This document shows, in pieces, positions 27,678 through 37,657 of a stretch of DNA of 64,000 nucleotides (the first letter of the stretch is position 1; each line of letters starts with the position of its first letter). Location: positions 199,537-263,536 of the forward strand of contig CAZSTS010000003.1 in the NCBI GenBank assembly GCA_964609965.1. Reading direction: 5' to 3'. Below the pieces are notes generated by a model that saw nothing but the letters and a program-made list of their open reading frames with translations, did not search any database and was not told the DNA's origin. A program made the position numbers and the translations under genes. The DNA comes from an uncultured Nitrospirales bacterium. GTDB taxonomy: Bacteria; UBA10199; JADGCS01.

Positions 27678-27915
27678 AAGGACACGCCTGATAGCGTTAA
27701 AGCTGTTAAATATTGTTGTATCTTGTTGAAATATTATGCTGATTTCCTATTGCCATTACGACAAATTCTGTTTTTTGACGCCCAAAATTTATGATTTAAT
27801 AAGCAACACAGATGAAATATAAGCCGATAAATAAAGTATAACGAAGAGTGAAGAAAGCGATACATTAGCATATAGGGTGCCAAAAATCGCAACAATTTAA
27901 AGCATATAGGATACC

Positions 27916-28839
27916 ATGAATAAGCAAAAATCACTTAAAACGCTTAATGTGTTTCAATATGATGATTACCGCCAATTTTTAGCTGATTTTTATGAGCTGA
28001 AAAAGAAGGAAATGCCCACTAAGTTCTCATATCGTTTTTTGAGTCAAAAAGCTGGGTTTCAAACATCTACTTTTTTTCATCGTGTTATTATTGGTAAACG
28101 TAATCTCACTTTAGAGAGTATACGTAAAATCGCTGCTATTATTCCTCTTACTGGACGTCCTTATCAATATTTTGAAACACTTGTTCTCTTTAATCAGGCC
28201 AAAACAGAAGAAGAGAGAATGATTCATTTTGATGCTCTTAAAGAATTTAAAGAATTCATAGCTCTCAGACTCATTAACGAAGATCAATCGACTTACTTAT
28301 TAAAATGGTATTACCCAGTTGTGAGAGAGATGATTAAATGGGATGGTTTTAAACCTGATGCTAGTTGGATAGCCAACAAGATTAGACCTAGAATATTTGT
28401 TAAGCAGGCTGAAGAAGCTATGGAAGTTTTGCTTAAACTTAAATTAGCAACAGTTTTAGCTGATGGTACGTGGGAACAATCTTATCCAAAAATTATGACT
28501 GAAGAAGAAGGTTTAGGCCAAGAAGCCATTAGCTATCATAAAAATGCAATTCACTTAGGCCAACAGGCTCTGACTTTACCAGCCAAAGATAGACATGTAA
28601 GTGCCATGACTATTTCCATGTCTCCTGCGTTGTTTGAATTGATGCGCCAGAAAATTTACATCTTTCATAAAGAGATGTCTGGTCTTATTTCAAAAAAACT
28701 CGATAAAACACTTTTAAGAAAAAACAATATTGATGAAGAAATGATTAACTCTAAGGGATTTTTAGATGTCTCAGAGGTTTGTCAGTTTAATATGCAAATG
28801 TTTAAGGTGGCTAAAACAGGGAGAAAAGATGAAGAATAA
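27916..28839 (+). CDS. Putative HTH transcriptional regulator (TIGR02147-like family), divergent from the unknown operon
   Basis: N-terminal YRQFLADFYE...FSYRFLSQKAGFQTSTFFHRVIIGKRNLT pattern. The family assignment is from memory and is weak. Confidence 0.4.
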   Translation: MNKQKSLKTLNVFQYDDYRQFLADFYELKKKEMPTKFSYRFLSQKAGFQTSTFFHRVIIGKRNLTLESIRKIAAIIPLTGRPYQYFETLVLFNQAKTEEERMIHFDALKEFKEFIALRLINEDQSTYLLKWYYPVVREMIKWDGFKPDASWIANKIRPRIFVKQAEEAMEVLLKLKLATVLADGTWEQSYPKIMTEEEGLGQEAISYHKNAIHLGQQALTLPAKDRHVSAMTISMSPALFELMRQKIYIFHKEMSGLISKKLDKTLLRKNNIDEEMINSKGFLDVSEVCQFNMQMFKVAKTGRKDEE

Positions 28840-30922
28840 ATTATATACGATCATGGGTGTCCTCATTACTGTATTTTGTGTTTCTTGCTTTGGATCAGGC
28901 ATGTCTGATTCTTTAGACACAGGCACAGGTCTTGATGATGAAGGTTCAACAACAAGTATTACGGTCATTGGTAATCCTTCGCTCAAAGTGAATAACACAG
29001 GGACTGTTTATCTTATTGATAACCTAGACTCAGACAATTTTAAGTTCTTTAGCGATACAAGTATTGAAAGTGTTTTGAGTCTCACAGTAGCAAATACAGA
29101 TTTAGCTGAAGACGCGATTCTTGACACTCCTGTTCCAGCTATTGATGGTTTTGTTCTTAGTCCAAACAATGAAACTGAAATGGTTTTTGTTCTTGAGGCG
29201 TCATTCGTAGTTAATGACCAAAATTGCTTTGTTGTTTTTGTTGATAGCGCAGAAGAAAAATGTATTCACGAAGCTAAAATTCAAGACAAACCTCAGTTTG
29301 ATGCAAATGGAAATGTGTATTTCTATGATAATAATTTAGAATTAGGTACAGAGGGGCTTGTAAAGTGGGCTAAGGCCACTGGCGAAAAAATCTACATTAC
29401 TAATCCTAATTTTGAACTTGCACAGCAGATGGTACACGCTGATGGCACAGTCTATCTGACTGATACAGCGGGATCTTTAAGAACAGTGAGCCCTGATAAT
29501 ATACTCAGTAATCGTCTTTCGGGTGATCGTGTTGATTCATTTAATATTGTAGATGCCAATATTCTCTTGCTTCAAGGTGAGATTACTTTTGAAGAAGAAC
29601 AGAGCTATGGGTATTATTTTTATGATCATACGGAGAAAGAAATTATCGCGGTTTTAGATTACAATGGCAATGCTGACCTTTCATCCTCTATGTATGTTGA
29701 TGGTGAAAATAGGATCTTGGTTCAAGATGGTGACAGTATAATCAAGATTTATCCTGGTGTGTCTGAAATAATTGAGCTTGGTTTAACTCAAATTAATTTT
29801 AGCATAGTTCATGATAATACCCTTTTTGCCTCTGGTAGGGTAGAAGGCACGCAAAAGTTTGTTAAACTTGACTTAAGTGATGAAGAGGCTGCTCCTGTGA
29901 CAGTGCTCAGTGGTCACGAAGTGTATAATGCAGAACTCGGTTCTAACTCTAATCTATACTATGATGCGCAGAACTTTAATACTAATCAGTACTATCTTGG
30001 TATTTTAGACGTCACAACCAATGATGTGATTTTTACTGAAGAGGTTTTAGATGGTTCTGTTGTTAATATTGATTCTGTTTATTCAATCAATAATAATTCA
30101 TTTTCTGAAATCACGTTTGAAACAAATACACCTTACGCTCTTGTGAGAGCTGCCACTGCGCAACGTGGGGAATTTGTTAAAGGCAGACTATTAGAAGATG
30201 TTGATCTCACAATTGATTTTGATGCTGAAATCTATCGCAAAAGATTTCAGAATGGTAAGCTACGCTTCACTGTTGACAGTGCTGCTAGTATAAGAGTGAT
30301 TAAGCCAAGATTGAACTGGGTTTATGAAGTAGAATCAGATGCAACCGACACTCAGGACTTAAGCCATTTGAATATTGATAAAATCACATTGTTATCTGCT
30401 TCAGAAAACCTCGTTGGTATTTTGGCAACAAGAAAAATCTATGGCGATCAAGTGTTTAAAATCTACTCTTATGAGGTTAATGAGTCTGAGAGATCTGTGA
30501 GCTTTACTTTTGAAAAATCTATCATGCTAGATGATAGGGTGTATAATGTTAAAGCAAGCGAAACTGCTGATCGTATCCATTTAGTAAGTCGTCGTGGTGA
30601 TATTACGATGTATAATTTTGATCTAGAATTATTGGCTGAATCGCGTGTGTTTTTTGGACGAGGTAATGTGAGTATTGTTTCTGATACAAATGGTTTCTTA
30701 TTACTCAGAAGCAGCTTCATGACTTCGGCAAATATCTTAAGATCAAAACTATTGATTTTAGATGTGAGCGCTGGTGACTACAATCACATTCAAACAATCA
30801 GAGTAAAAGCAAACAGACACTTACTAAATGCTTCACTGTATGACTCTGAAACAATGGCTATAAAGACTTACTCGCGAACCACTGATATGATCGAATATTA
30901 TATTCTAGAAGAAAACGAGTAG
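28829..30922 (+). CDS. Large lipoprotein (698 aa from MKNKLYT), possibly a beta-rich or propeller-like surface protein
   Basis: Start moved to the ATG at 28829, which has a GGGAGAAAAG RBS. Lipobox VSCFGSG. No catalytic motifs. Confidence 0.5.
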   Translation: MKNKLYTIMGVLITVFCVSCFGSGMSDSLDTGTGLDDEGSTTSITVIGNPSLKVNNTGTVYLIDNLDSDNFKFFSDTSIESVLSLTVANTDLAEDAILDTPVPAIDGFVLSPNNETEMVFVLEASFVVNDQNCFVVFVDSAEEKCIHEAKIQDKPQFDANGNVYFYDNNLELGTEGLVKWAKATGEKIYITNPNFELAQQMVHADGTVYLTDTAGSLRTVSPDNILSNRLSGDRVDSFNIVDANILLLQGEITFEEEQSYGYYFYDHTEKEIIAVLDYNGNADLSSSMYVDGENRILVQDGDSIIKIYPGVSEIIELGLTQINFSIVHDNTLFASGRVEGTQKFVKLDLSDEEAAPVTVLSGHEVYNAELGSNSNLYYDAQNFNTNQYYLGILDVTTNDVIFTEEVLDGSVVNIDSVYSINNNSFSEITFETNTPYALVRAATAQRGEFVKGRLLEDVDLTIDFDAEIYRKRFQNGKLRFTVDSAASIRVIKPRLNWVYEVESDATDTQDLSHLNIDKITLLSASENLVGILATRKIYGDQVFKIYSYEVNESERSVSFTFEKSIMLDDRVYNVKASETADRIHLVSRRGDITMYNFDLELLAESRVFFGRGNVSIVSDTNGFLLLRSSFMTSANILRSKLLILDVSAGDYNHIQTIRVKANRHLLNASLYDSETMAIKTYSRTTDMIEYYILEENE

Positions 30923-30927
30923 GATCT

Positions 30928-30975
30928 ACCTCTCCCCCCCTTCGGGTACCCTCTCCTTACAAAGGAGAGGGGGTA
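30928..30975 (+). terminator. GC-rich stem-loop (cctctccccccc / taccctctcc ... ggagagggggta) after the lipoprotein gene
   Basis: Strong complementarity with no clear U-tract. Confidence 0.45.
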
Positions 30976-31038
30976 TAACTAATCTCTCTTGCTAACTTCT
31001 CCCTCTTATTCTATCACCTGTGAAAGCAGGTAATTCTT

Positions 31039-31656
31039 ATGAAAAATATCTACATCGATTTTGATGATGTTCTTTGCGAAACAGCGAATGCTATTATTGA
31101 ATTAGTTGAGAAAGAGTTTGGTATTAAGCGTCAATTTGAGAACATTTCTGATTTTAATCTTCAAAAATCTTTTGGCCTGTCTGATACACAGTTTAAGCAA
31201 CTTCTCGATTTTGCCCATGACCCCGATGTGGTGTATAATATGCAACCTATTGAAGGCGCTGTTGAAGCTATAAAAAAACTCAAGGGCATGGGGTATGGTA
31301 TTTCGATCATGACAGGGCGTCCGCCTTCTACACGTGAGGATTCCATAAAATGGTTAAAAGATTATCAGGTCCCGTATGATAGTCTCACCTTTGTCGATAA
31401 ATATTCACGTTTTATTTCTGGTTTAGATAAAGATGTTGCGATTACTTTAGATCAGTTACAAGAATTAGAGTTTGCTTTTGCTATAGAAGATTCTGGGCAC
31501 ATGGCTTTGTGTTTGGCCAATCAAATGAATGTACCAGTCTTTCTCCATGACCGACCTTGGAATCGTTTTATTGAAGAACACGAGGAATTAAAATCCGATA
31601 AGATTCACCGTTGTTCAGATTGGAAGGAAATTCTTAATAAGCTTCAATCTCTATAG
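31039..31656 (+). CDS. HAD-superfamily 5'(3')-deoxyribonucleotidase-like protein (NT5C family)
   Basis: N-terminal DxDxV motif (IDFDDVLCE) with HAD-like spacing. Confidence 0.6.
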   Translation: MKNIYIDFDDVLCETANAIIELVEKEFGIKRQFENISDFNLQKSFGLSDTQFKQLLDFAHDPDVVYNMQPIEGAVEAIKKLKGMGYGISIMTGRPPSTREDSIKWLKDYQVPYDSLTFVDKYSRFISGLDKDVAITLDQLQELEFAFAIEDSGHMALCLANQMNVPVFLHDRPWNRFIEEHEELKSDKIHRCSDWKEILNKLQSL

Positions 31657-32353
31657 AATGGATTCTGACTCTTGCATCTTCGGTATACAAACCAATTGTA
31701 CCTGCTTGATCTAAAACAGGGATGGCTTCTTCATCTCCATCATAGGTGAATGCAAAAATACCGTCGATAGTCACGCTTACAATCTGTCCGATTTTTTCTA
31801 AAATGATTTCATGTTGAGTGTTGATGAAAGCAAAAGCTTCTGAACCAGTATACAAAAAGGTTTCGCCAACAACATCGTCCGAAATGGCTAACTGAGTGCC
31901 ATTAGTTTTTAAAATAAAATAGTTTGTGAGTTCTGCATTATTTTCATCAAATGTAGCATTAAAGAATAACCAAAAAACTTCCCATTCGTTTGGAATAGGG
32001 GTTCTGAGTTGTTCTTCGTTGGTCACTGCGATTGTGACTTTAAAGTCTGAGATAGGATTTTCTTGGGTGGGGATGTGTGTGACTAAGGAAGAATGTGTTT
32101 CGCTGAGAACGGTTGAAGCCATGGGCTCTAGGACAATGCCCGTTTCTTCAAAGTCTACAGATCCGTAGCCAGTCCACTTTACTTCCCAGTCTTCTTCAGC
32201 AATGGAATTCCAAACCGTGCCAGTGGTTTCAGTTTCAGCTTCTGATTCAGATTCAGATTCAACCCCAGGACTACTTTCAAAAGTGCTTGAGCTGCAGGCT
32301 ATGAATAGAAAACAAATAAGGGTGATGTATGTGAGATGTCTTTTCATGTTCAA
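31634..32353 (-). CDS. Secreted or lipoprotein of unknown function (239 aa)
   Basis: Lipoprotein-like signal (FIACSSS). Its 3' end overlaps the convergent gene by 23 bp. Confidence 0.5.
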   Translation of the reverse strand: MNMKRHLTYITLICFLFIACSSSTFESSPGVESESESEAETETTGTVWNSIAEEDWEVKWTGYGSVDFEETGIVLEPMASTVLSETHSSLVTHIPTQENPISDFKVTIAVTNEEQLRTPIPNEWEVFWLFFNATFDENNAELTNYFILKTNGTQLAISDDVVGETFLYTGSEAFAFINTQHEIILEKIGQIVSVTIDGIFAFTYDGDEEAIPVLDQAGTIGLYTEDARVRIHSIEIEAY

Positions 32354-32457
32354 GTACCTTCTATTACTAGTATCGGGTGCTTCCTACAGAAAGTTGTTCT
32401 AAAAAGAAATTTTGCTGAATTCTTTGTACACGCTGATTAGTGTATAAAATCGAATGG

Positions 32458-33522
32458 TTAAGAAGATGGTTTTTTGATATGGATATGTTTTTTTGATTTC
32501 TTTCTGAGTTCCCATTGCTCAAGGGCGAATTTTCGCATGTCTTCCACCGAATCAAATTCATCTACAATCTCAACACCCAGCAATGTTTCGATCACATCCT
32601 CTAGCGTAATAATACCAGCTGTTCCCCCGTGTGATTCATTTACAATAAATATATGTTCACGTTTTTTAATAAATTCGTCGAGGATAGTTGCTACAGGTTT
32701 TTCTTCTAAAACAGTGTGAATGGGCATGATGAGGTCTTCGATTTTGCAGTCATGACAATCATGGGCTGACATTTCGATGATCTTAAAACGCAAGACCATG
32801 CCAATGATGTCGTCGATGTCTTTGTCATAAACTGGAATGCGTGAAAAAAGAATGGGAGAATTATTTTTAAGTATTTGACCAACTGTCATGTCTTTTTGAA
32901 GAGCAAAGACAACAGATCGTGGTGTCATAACATCTTCGGCAAGAATCAAATTCAGCCGGAGAAGATTTTTTATAATGCGAGATTCTTTGTCGACAAGCAC
33001 GCCTTCTTCAGCGCCTGTTTCTGCAGCGACTATCATTTCTTCGCGGGACATTGTTTCTTCTTGAGATTTATTTGGTACAATGAGTTTAGAAATCACTTCA
33101 AATAAAAGTCCAAAGGGATACGTGATGTAAATAAGATAGTTTGTGAGATACGCACAAAAGGGTGCGAGTTTTTTCCAGTAAACAGCACCCAGATTTTTTG
33201 GGATTATTTCAGAAAAAATCAGAATAGCTAAAGTCAGTAAAATACTTGCAAGAGCTACCCATTTGTTTCCGTAAATTTTGAGAACTTGAGCGCCCACACC
33301 AGCTGCGCCTATTGTGTGGGCAATAGTGTTGAGGGTGAGGATGGCAGCTAATGGTTTATCGATATTTTCTTTTAGATTTTTGAGTGATCTTCCACCGCGC
33401 TTGTTTTCTTTAATGAGTAAATTTACATGAGAGTGTGTGACAGATAAAATAACGGATTCAAGTAAGGAACAAAGAAAAGAAACAAAGAGTGCGAGAAATA
33501 AATATAGAAATAAGAGAGTCAT
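32458..33522 (-). CDS. CNNM / CorC-HlyC family transporter (DUF21 TM domain, CBS pair, CorC_HlyC domain)
   Basis: Domain order, and the conserved ILAEDVMTPR motif at the start of the CBS pair. Confidence 0.85.
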   Translation of the reverse strand: MTLLFLYLFLALFVSFLCSLLESVILSVTHSHVNLLIKENKRGGRSLKNLKENIDKPLAAILTLNTIAHTIGAAGVGAQVLKIYGNKWVALASILLTLAILIFSEIIPKNLGAVYWKKLAPFCAYLTNYLIYITYPFGLLFEVISKLIVPNKSQEETMSREEMIVAAETGAEEGVLVDKESRIIKNLLRLNLILAEDVMTPRSVVFALQKDMTVGQILKNNSPILFSRIPVYDKDIDDIIGMVLRFKIIEMSAHDCHDCKIEDLIMPIHTVLEEKPVATILDEFIKKREHIFIVNESHGGTAGIITLEDVIETLLGVEIVDEFDSVEDMRKFALEQWELRKKSKKHIHIKKPSS

Positions 33523-33523
33523 A

Positions 33524-33560
33524 AATTGTGGGTCGTGTGTTGTGGGTCGTGATTCGATCT
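33524..33560. repeat. Tandem heptanucleotide array (ttgtggg tcgtgtg ttgtggg tcgtgat)
   Basis: Immediately upstream of the corC-like start codon. Confidence 0.6.
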
Positions 33561-33664
33561 AATGAATACACGGAATTAACAATAAAAAAACTTATATCTA
33601 AATAGCAAAAAATAATCCAATATTTTCTTAGAGTTAGGGGAGGGGGTTTGTGAGAATCAAAAAA

Positions 33665-33676
33665 TGAGAATTCTCA
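33665..33676. promoter_or_regulatory. Perfect 12-bp palindrome TGAGAATTCTCA upstream of fadA/fadN; candidate operator
   Basis: A TGAGAAT half-site is repeated again 7 bp upstream. About 150 bp before the thiolase start. Confidence 0.35.
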
Positions 33677-33821
33677 ATAAATCAGTCATTGATCATAGAG
33701 AAAATGTATGACACAGAATGTTAAATGAATGAGTATTCATAAGATAGATTTTGCTAATAGCGCGAAACTATTGTTCTATTACAAGGGTTTTTTGAATTAT
33801 TAATTAAAGAAAGGGTATTTT

Positions 33822-34979
33822 ATGAAAGAAGTAGTCATTGTATCCGCAGTTCGTTCACCAATGGGACGTGCTCACAAAGGTAATTATGTTTTTACGAGAG
33901 CTGATGACCTCGCTGCTGATGTTATCAAGGGTTGTTTAGCACAAGCTCCAAAGCTCAAACCTGAAGATATCGAATATCTCTATTTGGGTTGTGCTATGCC
34001 AGAAGGTGAGCAAGGAATGAATGTGGCTCGTAATGTTGTTTTCTTATCAGGGCTTCCCATCACTGTTCCGGCAGCAACCGTAAATAATTTTTGTTCATCT
34101 TCTTTGGTAACAATCATGATGGCGGCTCAAGCCATTATGGCTGGTCAGGGCGATGTCTATCTTTCAGCTGGTGTAGAATCTATGACTCACGTTCCCATGG
34201 GTGGTTATAATCCAAGTCTTAATCCAAAACTCATGAAGGACGGTGCCCCTCAAGCTTATGTTTCTATGGGAGTCACAGCAGAAAATCTTGCTGACAAATA
34301 CAAAATCTCTCGCACGGAACAGGATGAGTTTGCATATAATTCTCATCAAAAAGCAGTCAAAGCTCAAAAAGAAGGTTTGTTTAAAGATGAGATTGTTCCT
34401 GTCACTGCTTATGCCAAAGATGGCAGTAGGGCAACAGTCGATACAGACCAAGGGCCCAGAGCTGAGTCCACATTAGAAAAACTCGCTACATTAAAACCAG
34501 TTTTTAAAGAAGGTGGTTCAGTGACTGCGGGTAATTCCAGTCCTCTCACAGATGGGGCTTCGGCAACATTAATCATGTCTGCTGACAAAGCAAAAGAACT
34601 AGGTCTTAAGCCTCTTGCCAAAATAGTTGGTATGGCTGCTGCTGGTTGTGCACCAGAGATTATGGGAATTGGTCCCGTACCTGCGATTCAAAAGGTTCTG
34701 AAAAAAACAGGTATGACAATAGATCAAATCGATATTTTTGAACTTAACGAAGCCTTTGCTGCACAATCCTTGGCTGTGATTAAGGAACTTAAATTAGATC
34801 TAAATAAAGTGAATCCCAAAGGTGGAGCCGTGGCTCTAGGACATCCTTTAGGTGGTACAGGTGGTCGCATTATGGCAACCCTTGTGCATGGTCTTCATAA
34901 ATTCGACAAGAAGTACGGATTAGAAACCATGTGCGTTGGTGGTGGCCAGGGCGCTGCTATGATTATTGAAAAAATGTAA
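33822..34979 (+). CDS. fadA: Acetyl-CoA C-acyltransferase (thiolase)
   Basis: Thiolase signatures (catalytic Cys region NNFCSSSL, C-terminal GHPLGGTGGRI, CVGGGQG). Confidence 0.9.
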   Translation: MKEVVIVSAVRSPMGRAHKGNYVFTRADDLAADVIKGCLAQAPKLKPEDIEYLYLGCAMPEGEQGMNVARNVVFLSGLPITVPAATVNNFCSSSLVTIMMAAQAIMAGQGDVYLSAGVESMTHVPMGGYNPSLNPKLMKDGAPQAYVSMGVTAENLADKYKISRTEQDEFAYNSHQKAVKAQKEGLFKDEIVPVTAYAKDGSRATVDTDQGPRAESTLEKLATLKPVFKEGGSVTAGNSSPLTDGASATLIMSADKAKELGLKPLAKIVGMAAAGCAPEIMGIGPVPAIQKVLKKTGMTIDQIDIFELNEAFAAQSLAVIKELKLDLNKVNPKGGAVALGHPLGGTGGRIMATLVHGLHKFDKKYGLETMCVGGGQGAAMIIEKM

Positions 34980-35007
34980 GGATGTTAACACAAATAGGAG
35001 AAACACT

Positions 35008-37449
35008 ATGCAAATTAAAAAAGCTGCTGTATTAGGCTCTGGTGTCATGGGCGCTGCTATTGCTGCCCACCTTGCTAATGCAGGGATTCCCTCGATTCTG
35101 CTCGATATTGTGCCACCTAAATTTACAGATGAAGATAAAAAAGCTGGTTTGACTGAAGATTCACCAGGATTTCGCAACAAGTTTGCTTTGAATGCTATCA
35201 ACAATGGTTTGCCCAAACAAAAGCCTTCGCCCATCTTTGATAAACGCGTTTTAAAATTAATGACGGCAGGCAATTTTGAAGACGACATGGATAAACTTAA
35301 AGATTGTGATTGGGTGATCGAGGTTGTTGTCGAGCGTTTAGACATCAAACAAAAAGTGTTTACGAATGTCGAAAAACACATGAAGCCCGGTGCCATTATT
35401 TCATCTAACACTTCAGGGATTAAATTAGTTGATATGATTGAAGGCCGTAGTGAAGAGTTTGCAAAAAACTTTATCATCACACATTTTTTCAACCCTGTTC
35501 GTTACATGAAGCTTGTCGAAATCATCACATCTGACAAAACAAATCCAGAAGTCACATCATTTATGGCTGAGTTTTTGGAAGACACACTTGGCAAAGGTGT
35601 TGTGTATGCCAAAGATACTACGAGTTTTATTGCTAACCGCATTGGTATTTACGGTTTTATGGCCATCATGCATGAGGCCATTAAAGCGGGTTTAAGTGTT
35701 GAAGCTGTTGATAAAATCACAGGCCCAGCAACGGGCAAACCAAAGTCAGCTACGTTTCGTACAGGCGATTTGGTTGGTCTTGATACCTTGGCGCATGTGG
35801 CAAATAATAGTTATGAACAGTTGCCTGATGATGAAGGGCGCGAGATTTTTAAACTGCCTGAGATTGTGAAGCAATTGATCAAAAAGAATTGGCTTGGCGA
35901 TAAAACCAAGCAGGGCTTTTATCAAAAATCGCGTGATGCAGAAGGCAAGCGGTTGATTCTTTCTGTTGATCTCAAAACATGTGAGTACACGCCTCAAGAA
36001 AAAGTTCGCTATGACAGCCTTGGTCTTGCCAAAAATACTGAGAATGTCGGAGAGCGCATCAAGATGATGGTAAATGCTGAGGATGAAGCAGGTAAGTTTG
36101 CTTGGGTAACCACGCGCGCGGCGTTAACTTATTCGGCCAATCGCATTCCAGAAATTGCTGACGATGTTGTTAATATCGACAATGCCATGAAATGGGGTTT
36201 TAATTGGGATCTGGGTCCTTTTGAAATCCTTGATGCCATTGGTGTTAAAGAGTTTGCTAGTCGTCTAGAAATTGATGGCGTGAAAGTGCCTCCTATTATT
36301 TCTTCAGTTCTTACAGATGGCGAAGGTGTTTTTTACAAATCAGAAAAAGGTGTTCGCTATTACTTTGATATAGCTTCCAAGGCCTATCAACCTGTAAAAA
36401 CCAGATCTACTTCGCTTGTGATTAAATCACTCAAAGATCAGGACAAAGTATTAAAGTCTAATGATGGGGCTTCAATCGTCGATCTCGGTGATGGTGTTGT
36501 GAACGTAGAGTTTCACAGCAAGATGAATGCCATTGATAATGACATTGGTGAGATGATCAATGCAGCCATTGATTTGGTTGAAACAGATGATGCGTACAAG
36601 GGTATTGTTATTTCAAACGATGCTCAGCATTTTTCTGTTGGAGCAAATCTCATGTTGATTTGGATGGAATCGCAACAAAAAAATTGGGAAGGCATTGAAG
36701 CCATGATCAAAGGGTTTCAAGATGTTTGCATGCGTCTCAAGTATTCAAAAAAACCAGTTGTCGCAGCACCCGCAGGCATGGCGCTTGGTGGTGGTTGTGA
36801 AATTGTTTTAGGTTGTGATGCTGTTCGGGCATATTCTGAAACCTACATTGGTCTTGTAGAGTTTGGCGCTGGTCTTATTCCCGGTGGTGGCGGCAATAAA
36901 AACTTGCTGCTTAACCTCGAAGCCAATCTTAAAGAAAAGGGACCCAAAGGTTGGGCAGGTAAATCAGATGGTGGGCCATTTCCAAAAGTGCAACAAACGT
37001 TCGAAAAAATTGGCTTTGCCAAAGTGGCTACAAGTGCTTCTGAGGCCATGACATTTGGTTATCTTCCAGGACAAAAGAAAACAAAGGTGACTTTATCTCG
37101 TGATCGCTTGCTTTATGATGCCAAGCAAGACGTTTTAGAGCTCGCTAAAAATTACGAGCAACCTGTTCAACGAGAAGATATTCTTGTTCCTGGTATGGGT
37201 GGTAAGATGGCCATGTATTCAGCGATAGATGGTTATTTATTGCAAGGCTTGATTTCTGCACATGATGCTAAGATTGCCAAAAAATTAGCCCATGTTTTAG
37301 CGGGTGGTGATTTGCCAACGCAAGGTTACGTGACCGAACAAGAACTTTTAGACATTGAACGCGAGGCTTTTATCAGTCTTTGCGGCGAAGAAAAAACTCA
37401 AGCCAGAATGCAGCACCTGCTCATGAAGGGAAAGCCTTTGCGTAATTAA
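35008..37449 (+). CDS. Fused 3-hydroxyacyl-CoA dehydrogenase (N-terminal) / enoyl-CoA hydratase (C-terminal), FadN-type
   Basis: Start moved to the ATG at 35008 (RBS AGGAG). N-terminal Rossmann motif AAVLGSGVMGAAIA. C-terminal crotonase fold. Confidence 0.85.
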   Translation: MQIKKAAVLGSGVMGAAIAAHLANAGIPSILLDIVPPKFTDEDKKAGLTEDSPGFRNKFALNAINNGLPKQKPSPIFDKRVLKLMTAGNFEDDMDKLKDCDWVIEVVVERLDIKQKVFTNVEKHMKPGAIISSNTSGIKLVDMIEGRSEEFAKNFIITHFFNPVRYMKLVEIITSDKTNPEVTSFMAEFLEDTLGKGVVYAKDTTSFIANRIGIYGFMAIMHEAIKAGLSVEAVDKITGPATGKPKSATFRTGDLVGLDTLAHVANNSYEQLPDDEGREIFKLPEIVKQLIKKNWLGDKTKQGFYQKSRDAEGKRLILSVDLKTCEYTPQEKVRYDSLGLAKNTENVGERIKMMVNAEDEAGKFAWVTTRAALTYSANRIPEIADDVVNIDNAMKWGFNWDLGPFEILDAIGVKEFASRLEIDGVKVPPIISSVLTDGEGVFYKSEKGVRYYFDIASKAYQPVKTRSTSLVIKSLKDQDKVLKSNDGASIVDLGDGVVNVEFHSKMNAIDNDIGEMINAAIDLVETDDAYKGIVISNDAQHFSVGANLMLIWMESQQKNWEGIEAMIKGFQDVCMRLKYSKKPVVAAPAGMALGGGCEIVLGCDAVRAYSETYIGLVEFGAGLIPGGGGNKNLLLNLEANLKEKGPKGWAGKSDGGPFPKVQQTFEKIGFAKVATSASEAMTFGYLPGQKKTKVTLSRDRLLYDAKQDVLELAKNYEQPVQREDILVPGMGGKMAMYSAIDGYLLQGLISAHDAKIAKKLAHVLAGGDLPTQGYVTEQELLDIEREAFISLCGEEKTQARMQHLLMKGKPLRN

Positions 37450-37453
37450 TGGG

Positions 37454-37488
37454 GCGTGGATCGTGGGTCGTAGGTCGTGGATAGAGGT
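37454..37488. repeat. Tandem heptanucleotide array (gcgtgga tcgtggg tcgtagg tcgtgga tagaggt)
   Basis: Directly after the fadN stop. Runs into a terminator hairpin. Confidence 0.65.
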
Positions 37489-37520
37489 AGGGGCGACCCC
37501 CTGTGGTCGCCCGTTTATTG
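37489..37520 (+). terminator. Rho-independent terminator (gggcgacc-ccctgt-ggtcgccc then gtttattg)
   Basis: 8-bp GC stem followed by a T-rich tract. Confidence 0.6.
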
Positions 37521-37657
37521 CTGGATCAATAATCCTGGTAGGACCTGTCGGACATATATTTCAAAGAAAATCAAGGGTTACCCTTGTCAGTACAAAATAG
37601 TCCCCCCTCACAACTTCCCTTGCCTTCTATAGAGCAATTCAATAGAGAAAAGCTGCC

